Virus record (IMG/VR): IMGVR_UViG_3300002483_000006
DNA from: a virus
Strand: one strand, 5' to 3'
DNA: 31,001 nt
In this document: piece after piece, positions 23,066-31,001 of the stretch
How the letters are laid out: every line of letters starts with the position of its first letter
Numbering within the stretch: the first letter of the stretch is position 1
Notes under the pieces: model-generated
Told to the model about the DNA's origin: nothing
The model's input: only the letters and a program-made list of their open reading frames with translations
Databases searched by the model: none
Translations under genes and position numbers: made by a program

Positions 23066-25668
23066 AATGTTGTTTCAGTTATTGTTGCATCAAAAGAATA
23101 CCCATCATTTCCACCAATATCATATTTTGACCTTACTGAAATATTATAAGTTGTACCACTTTCTAAAAAATTCAACTTATTGAAATTATAAACAGCAGGT
23201 GCGCCAATTGAAGGAACAGTATCAAATAAACCACCATCTAAATAAATATTAAAATCCGTTTCATCGCCATTACCTCTGAAAGAAATAATTATTTCGTCTG
23301 TAGAAACAGACGTTGCTTGTAATTCTGTTGGTCTGTCTAAGTACGCTACTTGACCGTTCGCTAATTGACTTACATATTCTTGTTTGTTGTATAATTCTAA
23401 ATCTGACTTGTTTGTTAATAGGTTTGTTTTTATGCTGTTAATTCTAAAAACAGTATTTGCGATTATAAGTTGGTCATTTAATTTTAATTGTGTTAAAATA
23501 CTCAATGGTAAATAAGCACTAACTTTATACAACCTTGCTTTTTTGTCAAAAACAGTTTCTACATAATCTAAATAATTTGCTTCAAATAGATTAGATGATG
23601 TTGAAGGGTTTGGCAAATCCCCCAACCACTCATCAGCTTCTAAGCCAAAATTTAACTGCATTCTATTGTTCCAACCCCAATTAAACGTACTCATATTTGA
23701 TGGTCTACGGTAATTACTTGGTGTAGTTCCGTCTATTGTTAGTTCGCTATTTGTATTAGATTGATAATGTATACAGAACAATAATGGCTCACCTATTGTT
23801 GGTTCAAACTTCTTATTTAACATTGCGCCTTGTCCGATATATGTTTGTGCATCTGTATCTTCATTGGTTAAACGTTCATACATCATTTTTTCAAAAGGCA
23901 ATTCTACTTTATAAACTCCTCCGTCCCATTGATTATCACCATAGCTTTCTTGCGAAAATGGTACACCTTGTATCTCGTCTGAATATTGTACTAAAAATGA
24001 TTTTTTGCTTTTAAAACTAAAATCCATTTCCTTATACTGAAACAACCTTTCTACAGTTGAAGTAGACATATCTACATATTTTGTAATATCATAAGCTTCA
24101 GCTGTTGTGTATTTGCCACTCCTCATAAAAACACTCGCTAATTCTACTTGAATATTATTACCATCTTTATAAACAACACAGTTAAACATTTTAAACAAGC
24201 CACTTAAAAAATCCATTACTTTCATTTCTGGCATTTGTTTGTTTATGTAAAAAGTTTTATCTGGTACATTGTTTACAGGTGTATAATTAGCTGTATAAAC
24301 AAGATTATTATATTGATAAGGCCAAGCCCCTGAATATTTTTTAATTTCTAAGGTTTGGGTCATTGTAATTGTATTATTGCTTTCAACTTCAACTATAATG
24401 TCTAAAGGGCCACCTGGCGTGATATCGTGTGTAATATCTGCATACGTGGCACTGTTTCCTCCATTTTCATAAGTATGTTCATAATAAATGGTTTCTGTAC
24501 TTCCTTTTTTAATTCTTACAGTATAACTTTCTGTTTGACTTGTATTAACATAAGCTGTTACTCTATACTTGTATTTCCAACCTGGCCATTCAATATATTG
24601 CGTTCTAACATCGCCAAAACTTGATGGGGTTGTGCTTGTGTGCGTATAATCTAATGGGTCATCAAATTGGTGTCGCCATCTATTCCTAACTATAAAAGTA
24701 TCGCCACCCTCTTCAGCGTTTGTTATATACCCCTCGTTTTTATGTAGCCACATATATACATTGCTAAACGGCTCTGAATTAAAAAACCCTGTTAAATTGA
24801 TTTGTGGGAATGTGTTGTTTATTGCGTCAATAATTGCTCTACATCTTATTGCAGGTTTTAAATCTACCCAACTTAGTTCAGTGTCTGTTATGTTATCTTT
24901 ATATCCTGCGTTTGTGTAACGCATATTTTTAGTGTGGTGGATATTAGGTACAAGTATATCTGTGCTACCAAACACGCTATTTATGTTACTGTCTGAAGCG
25001 GTAAAAAGGTCGTTTATATTAACTTCGGTATAATCAAAATTTAACGAACTTAGATAATTAAGGCCAGACAATTTTGTTTCGCCTAAAACTTCTTTTAATT
25101 CTACCGCATCGCCATAAAACACTACTTTGTATGCGTGTGGTTTATTGTCTTTTAATGATACGCTTTTAAATTGTATTTTGCCTTTTTTGTAATCTATTCC
25201 GTTTAGCTTTATTATAGCATCGTGCCTAAACCTTGCATCAAAACTGTTTTCAATATCAAAATTTTCATAGTGTCTGAATAGCTTATTGTTTAGCTTAGAT
25301 GCAGGAAGATTAAATTGTTGACTAAAAGGTGTGAACACTTTTTTAATGTCCTTTATATTTAAAACACTATCAGTTATAACAACGCTTTCATCTTCGAACA
25401 TATCTGCTCTAAAATAATCGCTTTCAATTTTATACAAATCATAGTTAGGACTAACAAAAATATCATCAGATAAACTTAATTGTGTAACGCTGTCAATAGC
25501 TGTTACTGTCGCTGTTTCTTGTGTTCTTTGGTTTGTAACTAAATCGCCAACTATAACACCTAACTCTGAAAAATCTAAATTAGTGTCAATTAGTTTGTTT
25601 GTAGAAAAACTTTTAGCTGACCCCCTTACAATATTAAACCCTTTTATGTATAATTCAATTATCTGCAT
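23062..25668 (-). CDS. Large tail/baseplate protein (Tal-like), 868 aa, with a C-terminal fibronectin type III-like domain
   Basis: Largest ORF in the genome, coupled to the upstream 370-aa gene. The C-terminal LQATSVSTDEIIISFRGNGDETDFNIYLDGG...GTTYNISVRSKY has an FN3-like strand pattern. Confidence 0.5.
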   Translation of the reverse strand: MQIIELYIKGFNIVRGSAKSFSTNKLIDTNLDFSELGVIVGDLVTNQRTQETATVTAIDSVTQLSLSDDIFVSPNYDLYKIESDYFRADMFEDESVVITDSVLNIKDIKKVFTPFSQQFNLPASKLNNKLFRHYENFDIENSFDARFRHDAIIKLNGIDYKKGKIQFKSVSLKDNKPHAYKVVFYGDAVELKEVLGETKLSGLNYLSSLNFDYTEVNINDLFTASDSNINSVFGSTDILVPNIHHTKNMRYTNAGYKDNITDTELSWVDLKPAIRCRAIIDAINNTFPQINLTGFFNSEPFSNVYMWLHKNEGYITNAEEGGDTFIVRNRWRHQFDDPLDYTHTSTTPSSFGDVRTQYIEWPGWKYKYRVTAYVNTSQTESYTVRIKKGSTETIYYEHTYENGGNSATYADITHDITPGGPLDIIVEVESNNTITMTQTLEIKKYSGAWPYQYNNLVYTANYTPVNNVPDKTFYINKQMPEMKVMDFLSGLFKMFNCVVYKDGNNIQVELASVFMRSGKYTTAEAYDITKYVDMSTSTVERLFQYKEMDFSFKSKKSFLVQYSDEIQGVPFSQESYGDNQWDGGVYKVELPFEKMMYERLTNEDTDAQTYIGQGAMLNKKFEPTIGEPLLFCIHYQSNTNSELTIDGTTPSNYRRPSNMSTFNWGWNNRMQLNFGLEADEWLGDLPNPSTSSNLFEANYLDYVETVFDKKARLYKVSAYLPLSILTQLKLNDQLIIANTVFRINSIKTNLLTNKSDLELYNKQEYVSQLANGQVAYLDRPTELQATSVSTDEIIISFRGNGDETDFNIYLDGGLFDTVPSIGAPAVYNFNKLNFLESGTTYNISVRSKYDIGGNDGYSFDATITETTL

Positions 25669-26780
25669 TAACGTATGTTGTTTATCGTGTCAAACGCAAA
25701 ATCTATTTCTATTGTGTAATTAATAAGCTTATCGTTTAAGTGTGTTTTGTAGTTTAAACTGCTACTTGCTACGTTTATAGGTAGTGTTTTATTTTCTATC
25801 TCTATCCAACAATCTTCGCTTAATTGCATTTGCTTAAATACTTCGTTGTAAACCTCTGGATAAAACCCTGTATTTAGTGTTAGTTTTTCAGTACCGTTTT
25901 TAGTTAATATTTTCTGTTGGTGTCTACTTGTGTCATAAGCACCATTGACAATAATATTACGCTTAAAATCTTCTTTTTTAGTTGTAAGTACCTCGTTTGT
26001 TCTTTTGAAAAACCACAAATCCTGTAATGCACCGAACTTATTTACAAACGTTACTTTATAAGGTTGGTATTTACATTCCTCTATATTGTCTACAGTTAGT
26101 TTTATAACATTATCAGTAGTATCTATGTATATCGTGTCAAAGTCAAACAATGTAAAGTCATCTACAAACTCCTGTAAACATACGCTATTCTCAAACGTTC
26201 CACCGTCCTGTATTACTCTGTTTTCGTATTCGTCTGCACCATTAACCCCATTTGTAACGTATTCTATTTGCTCATCACTTTCAACGCTACTTGTTACAGC
26301 TTTGGTGTATACTTGTTGTCCGTTTAGTTCGTATGTTACTTGTGTGGTCTTGGACGTATCAACTGGAATAACAGCTGGGGCATCATCAAGCTTTACTACC
26401 TTAGTATTTGACTGTAATAAGGCACTATCATTCTGGGGGTTTGCTTCGTCCTCATAATATCCGTATCCATCAAAACCTGTTAATTGTGTGTAGCTTGTAA
26501 AACTTCCTGCGCTACCAAGTATGTAATTTTTAGTTCTGTAATCCACCCATACATTAGCACTTGAATAATCGCCATCAAAAGTTTGTAGTATATAATCTCT
26601 AACTATCTCGCCTATTTCAAACGTAACATTATTACTTACAGCAAACGATGATAATTCAAACTTATTACTTCTATCGGTTGTTTGCGTTCCTGTATATACA
26701 TATAGTTCCATATCTACCTGTGTTAAGTTGGTAGCACTTATGTTTATGTAGTATGGGCTTCTTGCGTTGATTTTAGCCAT
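25668..26780 (-). CDS. Tail structural protein, 370 aa (Dit-like by position)
   Basis: Its stop overlaps the start of the 868-aa tail protein gene. Beta-rich. The assignment is positional only. Confidence 0.4.
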   Translation of the reverse strand: MAKINARSPYYINISATNLTQVDMELYVYTGTQTTDRSNKFELSSFAVSNNVTFEIGEIVRDYILQTFDGDYSSANVWVDYRTKNYILGSAGSFTSYTQLTGFDGYGYYEDEANPQNDSALLQSNTKVVKLDDAPAVIPVDTSKTTQVTYELNGQQVYTKAVTSSVESDEQIEYVTNGVNGADEYENRVIQDGGTFENSVCLQEFVDDFTLFDFDTIYIDTTDNVIKLTVDNIEECKYQPYKVTFVNKFGALQDLWFFKRTNEVLTTKKEDFKRNIIVNGAYDTSRHQQKILTKNGTEKLTLNTGFYPEVYNEVFKQMQLSEDCWIEIENKTLPINVASSSLNYKTHLNDKLINYTIEIDFAFDTINNIR

Positions 26781-27353
26781 TTATAATTCTTTTAAATTTA
26801 TTTGTATTTGTTTTTCTATACCTACGGAATACGCTTTTAACAAGTCATCTGGCAGTCGTTTAAAAGCCGCTTCAAATGGCTTTGTAAAAAACATACTTGG
26901 CCGTATCCCTCTGTAATAAATATTACGTGCTATAACGTATCCAACTGCATCGTAACCGCCTTTTGTAAAACGCCCTTTTTTATCTCTGAACCTTATACCT
27001 TTGCGCTGGGCATAGCTCGCCATACTTTTGGCAAACTGTTTAAACGTGCCTTTTTTACTGCCAGTTCCAAAACGGTAAGGGCTGTTCGGGGCTTGCTGGC
27101 CTGTTATTTTACTGTTCGGCGATACTTTGCTGGGGTCTTTACCTTTTACACCTTGATCCTGGAACTTACCGTAGTCAGCCATTTTAAAGACCATAGACGT
27201 CGTTTTACCGTTTACTTCTATATCACCCTTTAAACTATTATAAAGTTCCTTAGAATAGTTCTTTTTGCCTTTACTTAAGTTGCTGCGGCTTTGTTGTATA
27301 ACGTATTTAGCAAACTTGTTTAATTCGTCACGTAAGTATTTATCGCCTAACAT
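26781..27353 (-). CDS. HK97 gp10-like neck / tail-completion protein, 190 aa
   Basis: SKELYNSLKGDIEVNGKTTSMVFKMADYGKFQDQGVKG ... GIRPSMFFTKPFEAAF follows the gp10-like pattern (YGxFxxxG ... rPFlxPa). Confidence 0.5.
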   Translation of the reverse strand: MLGDKYLRDELNKFAKYVIQQSRSNLSKGKKNYSKELYNSLKGDIEVNGKTTSMVFKMADYGKFQDQGVKGKDPSKVSPNSKITGQQAPNSPYRFGTGSKKGTFKQFAKSMASYAQRKGIRFRDKKGRFTKGGYDAVGYVIARNIYYRGIRPSMFFTKPFEAAFKRLPDDLLKAYSVGIEKQIQINLKEL

Positions 27354-27817
27354 ATATCAATATCGTTTCTTACAAACACATCAAAGGTTGCAGCCCAGCC
27401 AGCGAGTCGGTTTTCAAACCTTTCGTAAAACGGCTCAAGGGTTGCATCGCCATCTAATTGGTATTGGTCATTATATAGTACACCCCTACGCAGCACCATA
27501 ACTAATTTATTTAATACTGCCAGCTGGGTGTTTAAAACATCTTGCTCGTTGTCGTTACCTACAAAAATATCAGTAGTCGCGTTTTTACTTTCATCAACTA
27601 TATCCATAGCCATTACAGTAATGTTAAACGTAAGTGTTTGTTCTTGCGTTGTAACGTTGTTTATTATTATATGACTCAATGGGAATATACTTTGCTTTGC
27701 CAAGTCAATATCGTATAGGTCGCCTGTTGTTACGGTGTTTACATTTACGTCGCTTAACAGCTGGTCTTTTATTGCTTTGGTTAGTAAGTAAAACCCTCTT
27801 ATTCCTGTGTGGCTCAT
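27347..27817 (-). CDS. Neck / tail-terminator-like protein, 156 aa
   Basis: 7-nt overlap with the gp10-like gene. QSIFPLSHIIINNV is similar to motifs in DUF3168-type tail completion proteins. Weak call. Confidence 0.35.
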   Translation of the reverse strand: MSHTGIRGFYLLTKAIKDQLLSDVNVNTVTTGDLYDIDLAKQSIFPLSHIIINNVTTQEQTLTFNITVMAMDIVDESKNATTDIFVGNDNEQDVLNTQLAVLNKLVMVLRRGVLYNDQYQLDGDATLEPFYERFENRLAGWAATFDVFVRNDIDIC

Positions 27818-27899
27818 TTAAATTTGCTTTTTATTTGTCTTGCTTCTAATTCGTTTTTTTCCTTTGTATATGTTAAGTACAAAAGGCATTCATTTACGT

Positions 27900-28544
27900 T
27901 TAATTTAGTGATATATTCAAACCTTGTAATATCTCCGCCAGCGATTGCATAGATGCTGTTGTACCAGCCCCATTTTCTTGTGAATACAGATACTCCGCTA
28001 AGGTCTCCTGATTCTTGCTGTCCAAAGAGGTCAGGATAACTGTCGATAACTCCTTGCCTAAATTGTAAAAAAAAACAACCGCACCAAGTACCGCATCCAA
28101 TGGGAATTGTTTAGCCAGCTCGCTGGTGTTTGGGTCGTATTCTTTTATGGTGTACCTATCGCCTGTTCTGTGTTCTATTGGCCTGTAAAGTACATTAACC
28201 GCCCTATGTAAATTAAGGTTATCGCCTATAAAGGTATCAAGGTCTACATACTCGCCAAATGTTATATCTTCAAGGTTTGGTATAAAGCCATATTGTACAC
28301 CCTTACAAGTAAACCTATTTAAAAGCTGGTGTTTAGTATCAAACAGGTTGTTTATGATATCGCATATTTCTGCTATGTCTGTGGCTCGCATATTACGAAC
28401 AACAATAGGCGGCACGTTGCAAAATATTTCAATCATCTTTAATTGCGCTTGTGCGTCCTCCATATCGCCCAGCTGTACGAACCTTTGGTATTGCCCTAAA
28501 GTTATTTCGTTTAAGCTGCTGGGTATTTTTAAATTTACTTCCAT
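27900..28544 (-). CDS. Hypothetical protein, 214 aa, first gene after the terminator at 28593..28618
   Basis: ATG start preceded by a CGTTTATATATTA box. It contains the repeated phrases LNEITLGQYQRF and LEDITFGEYVDL. Confidence 0.55.
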   Translation of the reverse strand: MEVNLKIPSSLNEITLGQYQRFVQLGDMEDAQAQLKMIEIFCNVPPIVVRNMRATDIAEICDIINNLFDTKHQLLNRFTCKGVQYGFIPNLEDITFGEYVDLDTFIGDNLNLHRAVNVLYRPIEHRTGDRYTIKEYDPNTSELAKQFPLDAVLGAVVFFYNLGKELSTVILTSLDSKNQETLAEYLYSQENGAGTTASMQSLAEILQGLNISLN

Positions 28545-28592
28545 ATAATTGTACTTACTAATATATAAACGTTTTTAAATATTTTTAGGCAT

Positions 28593-28618
28593 AAAAAAAC
28601 CCCCACTATTTGTGAGGG
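28593..28618 (-). terminator. Rho-independent terminator ending the three-gene cassette
   Basis: Minus strand reads CCCTCAC-aaata-GTGGGGG (7 bp including one G-U pair) followed by T7. Confidence 0.65.
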
Positions 28619-28633
28619 TGTTTGTGTTAATTG

Positions 28634-28801
28634 TTATAACTTATCATTTAGGTCATCTAATAAAGCGTACAAAGAAAAATCATTAATATCCTTTTGCTTA
28701 ATTCTGTCCTTAAGCACACGCTTTAACCTATGCGCTTGTTTTTTTGTTAATTGTATCCCTATAGTGTTGTTTGTATATAGGTCGCTGTTTGGTGTTCTCA
28801 T
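28634..28801 (-). CDS. Small ORF missing from the supplied track, 55 aa, possibly ribbon-helix-helix
   Basis: Hand translation, checked codon by codon: MRTPNSDLYTNNTIGIQLTKKQAHRLKRVLKDRIKQKDINDFSLYALLDDLNDKL. Confidence 0.45.
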   Translation of the reverse strand: MRTPNSDLYTNNTIGIQLTKKQAHRLKRVLKDRIKQKDINDFSLYALLDDLNDKL

Positions 28802-28829
28802 AATTGTTGTTTTTGTTTATTCTTATTTA

Positions 28830-29039
28830 TTAATATCCGTTTCTGTTTAAGTTATATCCTAATTCATTGGCTGCATAGTTTATATGCTTTTGTGTGGTTA
28901 CAGACCACCACCCTAACTGAATGGCTTCTTTTTTGATATGGTCTAAACGTGCCACCCTTGTATCGTAGCTGTAAATATAGCCGTTACCTTTCCAGCTTTG
29001 TATTTTTAAGTTTTGTTTGTATTTGTTAAAAGTTCCCAT
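28830..29039 (-). CDS. Hypothetical protein, 69 aa
   Basis: ATG start. YSYDTRVARL...WWSVTTQKHINY looks like a conserved small-protein motif of unknown function. Confidence 0.55.
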   Translation of the reverse strand: MGTFNKYKQNLKIQSWKGNGYIYSYDTRVARLDHIKKEAIQLGWWSVTTQKHINYAANELGYNLNRNGY

Positions 29040-29048
29040 AGTTGTTTT

Positions 29049-29300
29049 TTATTTTATAAATTCTACATTTTTTAGGGCTTCAGCTTTTAGTATTTCGTTA
29101 GCTTTTTCCCTTGCTAATTTTATAACAGTTTCTAAGCCTGTTATTGTAAAAACAGTTGGGTGATCTAAGATATGTATTTTAGGTGCATCATCGTCAATTA
29201 ATGCAGCTTCAAAAAAACCGTCATTATTAAAATCTGATAAACTTAATACAAACCTTGAATTGATTTGGAACTGTGCTACGTCGTGAGTTTTTGTTTTCAT
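29049..29300 (-). CDS. Hypothetical protein, 83 aa
   Basis: ATG start. First gene after the promoter-like block at 29319..29351. Confidence 0.55.
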   Translation of the reverse strand: MKTKTHDVAQFQINSRFVLSLSDFNNDGFFEAALIDDDAPKIHILDHPTVFTITGLETVIKLAREKANEILKAEALKNVEFIK

Positions 29301-29318
29301 AATATTTGTTTTTTGTTA

Positions 29319-29351
29319 TTGTTTTACATTGCGAATATATAACGCTTTTAC
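29319..29351 (-). promoter_or_regulatory. Conserved 33-nt promoter-like block, copy B
   Basis: Minus strand reads GTAAAAGCGTTATATATTCGCAATGTAAAACAA, matching copy A at 26 of 33 positions. The element AAAAAAAATTGTAAA lies upstream at about 29379..29393. Confidence 0.4.
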
Positions 29352-29402
29352 ATAACTACCAAACTTTTTAACAACTTTTTTACAATTTTTTTTGTTTACA
29401 GG

Positions 29403-30557
29403 TTAGTGAACTGCATATTTTCCAAAGTTAGGACGGCTTAAAATTGAATAAGTTGCGTAACGTACAGCATCAATTATGTGATTATTCTTGTCTACTGGCT
29501 TGTTTGTTAGTTTGCCACTTCTGTCCTCTGCCCATTTGTAGTTTCTAAATTCTTGTATTGCGTTGTTACTGTCTGCGGTTATATGTATTTTAAAGCGTTT
29601 AAGCAAGTCTATTCCAGCGTTAATACTATCACGCCCCTTTAAGCTGGGTTGTATATTATGCCCCATCCTGCGCAGTTCGTCAATTAAACGTGGCTCAGCT
29701 GCATCAAAATAAATTGGGTTGCGCCCTATTGGTAAGCTTTTAAAATGGTCGCTGATATCACGTGTGGTCATCATAGTCCTATACAGGTGTTCTTTTATAT
29801 ATAGGTTATAATCCTTTTTATATACGCTTACAAGTGTGCTCGGGTCGTTAGTGTACCCAGCATCTGCGCCGTAGCTTATAAGTTCAGCATCGTGTGGAAT
29901 ATGCGGTACTTCTATATAATTAAATATCGTTGCTTTGCTTACACCCCTAACCCCAAGGCCGTATATTTGCCAGTATTGTTCATCGGTTTCTTTAAGCCGT
30001 TCTATTTCTGTTATTATACTGGGGTCTAAAAACTTGTTGTCTAAATATGTGGTTTTGTAAAATTCAACATCTTCCCTATTTAGTACCTTGTCATATATCC
30101 AATGATATTCATCACTTGGGTTGTAATCTAATATTATTTTTTCTGTTGTTCTAAATATAAGCTGCTGCCAATCTTCGTAGTCAAGTTCGTTAGCCTCATT
30201 AATAAATAAAAGGTCACGTTTGCGCCCCCTTATTTTTTGCGGCTGGTCTACGCTTATAAATTCTATAAGGTTGCCACCTAAGTTGTATTCACTATTGCTT
30301 TTATTGTGGTGCGCTTCATCATATATATTATGCTGTTTTAATATATCAATAAAATCACGCATAACAGAACTGCGTACAGCTGGGAACGTTTTACGGCAAA
30401 TGGTTACCGTTTTATCTACGTTTGTTTGGCAGTAGTGGAATATTAAATACAGGAGGATATTGTAGGTCTTACCGCTACGTGTACCCCCCTGTTCTACTAC
30501 TATCTTTTTTTGGCTGTCAAGTAAGTGCTCAAATACTACATTAACATCAACTGTCAC
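29403..30557 (-). CDS. terL: Terminase large subunit (PBSX/Terminase_3-like), 384 aa
   Basis: Walker A GGTRSGKT and Walker B LLFINEANE. Nuclease motifs GADAGYTNDPSTLV and NHIIDAVRYA. The GTG start overlaps the terS stop. Confidence 0.9.
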   Translation of the reverse strand: MTVDVNVVFEHLLDSQKKIVVEQGGTRSGKTYNILLYLIFHYCQTNVDKTVTICRKTFPAVRSSVMRDFIDILKQHNIYDEAHHNKSNSEYNLGGNLIEFISVDQPQKIRGRKRDLLFINEANELDYEDWQQLIFRTTEKIILDYNPSDEYHWIYDKVLNREDVEFYKTTYLDNKFLDPSIITEIERLKETDEQYWQIYGLGVRGVSKATIFNYIEVPHIPHDAELISYGADAGYTNDPSTLVSVYKKDYNLYIKEHLYRTMMTTRDISDHFKSLPIGRNPIYFDAAEPRLIDELRRMGHNIQPSLKGRDSINAGIDLLKRFKIHITADSNNAIQEFRNYKWAEDRSGKLTNKPVDKNNHIIDAVRYATYSILSRPNFGKYAVH

Positions 30558-30901
30558 CTATGTATTTTAATATTTATTTCCTTGTCTGTGGTGTCGTGCT
30601 TTATTTCACGCTTTGTACCGTTTAACCTATGCGCTTCATCATCATCTGCAATTAGCTTCATTAGGCCTATTTGTAAAGTAGGGTTATCGCTTTCGTACCA
30701 TTTGGCTCGCATATCTACTTTCATATTTATACGGTTTTTTGCCAGTTCGCTTTTTATAGCGTTGCATTCTTGCAATTTGTGGTCATAAAACGCCCTTTTA
30801 CTGAACCCAGTATAACCAAATATATCGCCTATAAAAACAAGGTTATGTTTTTTTATTACCTCTAAACTTTGTTCCCTTAATTCTTCTGTATTGTATGCCA
30901 T
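30554..30901 (-). CDS. terS: Putative terminase small subunit (same gene as 591..938)
   Basis: Identical ORF at offset 29963. Confidence 0.55.
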   Translation of the reverse strand: MAYNTEELREQSLEVIKKHNLVFIGDIFGYTGFSKRAFYDHKLQECNAIKSELAKNRINMKVDMRAKWYESDNPTLQIGLMKLIADDDEAHRLNGTKREIKHDTTDKEINIKIHR

Positions 30902-30941
30902 AGTATTATCTATATTTATATATAAACAATTTAGTAAATTT

Positions 30942-31001
30942 TTATTCGCTTATAATGGCTTCTACTTTTTCTACTTGTTCTGGTGTAAGGTTTTGTATCT
31001 T
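30942..31001 (-). CDS. 3' end of the DnaA domain-IV-like gene (same gene as 979..1335), cut by the window edge
   Basis: Identical to 979..1038. Confidence 0.5.
   Translation of the reverse strand, partial: KIQNLTPEQVEKVEAIISE

Larger units (their letters stand above)
29964..31001. repeat. Second copy of 1..1038 (wrap-around)
   Basis: Identical sequence at offset 29963. Confidence 0.95.

Noticed and set aside
1-31001. Search for tRNA genes, CRISPR arrays, integrase/att sites, transposases and reverse-transcriptase (DGR) elements
   Set aside because: Non-coding spacers are all under 180 bp and AT-rich, and none has cloverleaf potential. There are no repeat-spacer arrays. No ORF carries tyrosine or serine recombinase, DDE or RT motifs.

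Overview
The window holds one complete AT-rich genome of a tailed dsDNA phage, with a unit length of 29,963 bp. Positions 1..1038 are identical to 29964..31001, so the window wraps around a circular or circularly permuted genome. Every credible gene is on the minus strand. They are tightly packed, with many ATGA, GTGA and TAATG stop/start overlaps. The plus-strand ORFs in the track are antisense artefacts. No integrase, tRNA or CRISPR array is visible.

Reading in the direction of transcription (descending coordinates), the modules are:
- **Early/replication-recombination, 9658 to 979:** SSB, a RecA-fold helicase-like ATPase, an ECF-like sigma factor, two PD-(D/E)xK nucleases and a DnaA domain-IV-like protein. 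It also contains a candidate DNA hypermodification cassette made of a TET/JBP-type dioxygenase and a GT-A glycosyltransferase.
- **Packaging:** terS at 938, then terL across the wrap point at 30557..29403.
- **Small cassette:** three genes with their own promoter-like block and terminator.
- **Neck and tail:** including a tape-measure-like protein.
- **Head:** XkdF-like protease, scaffold, major capsid protein and a portal with a MuF-like tail.
- **Late end:** receptor-binding protein, lysis cassette and NinG/Rap.

Start codons lack Shine-Dalgarno sequences, and one intergenic region carries a TAnnTTTG box. Both suggest a Bacteroidota (Flavobacteriia-like) host, but this is inference only. The most interesting element is the TET/JBP plus glycosyltransferase module at 1880..4124, because no cytosine-C5 methyltransferase is visible anywhere in the genome. 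All functional calls rest on motifs read by eye and have not been checked against any database.
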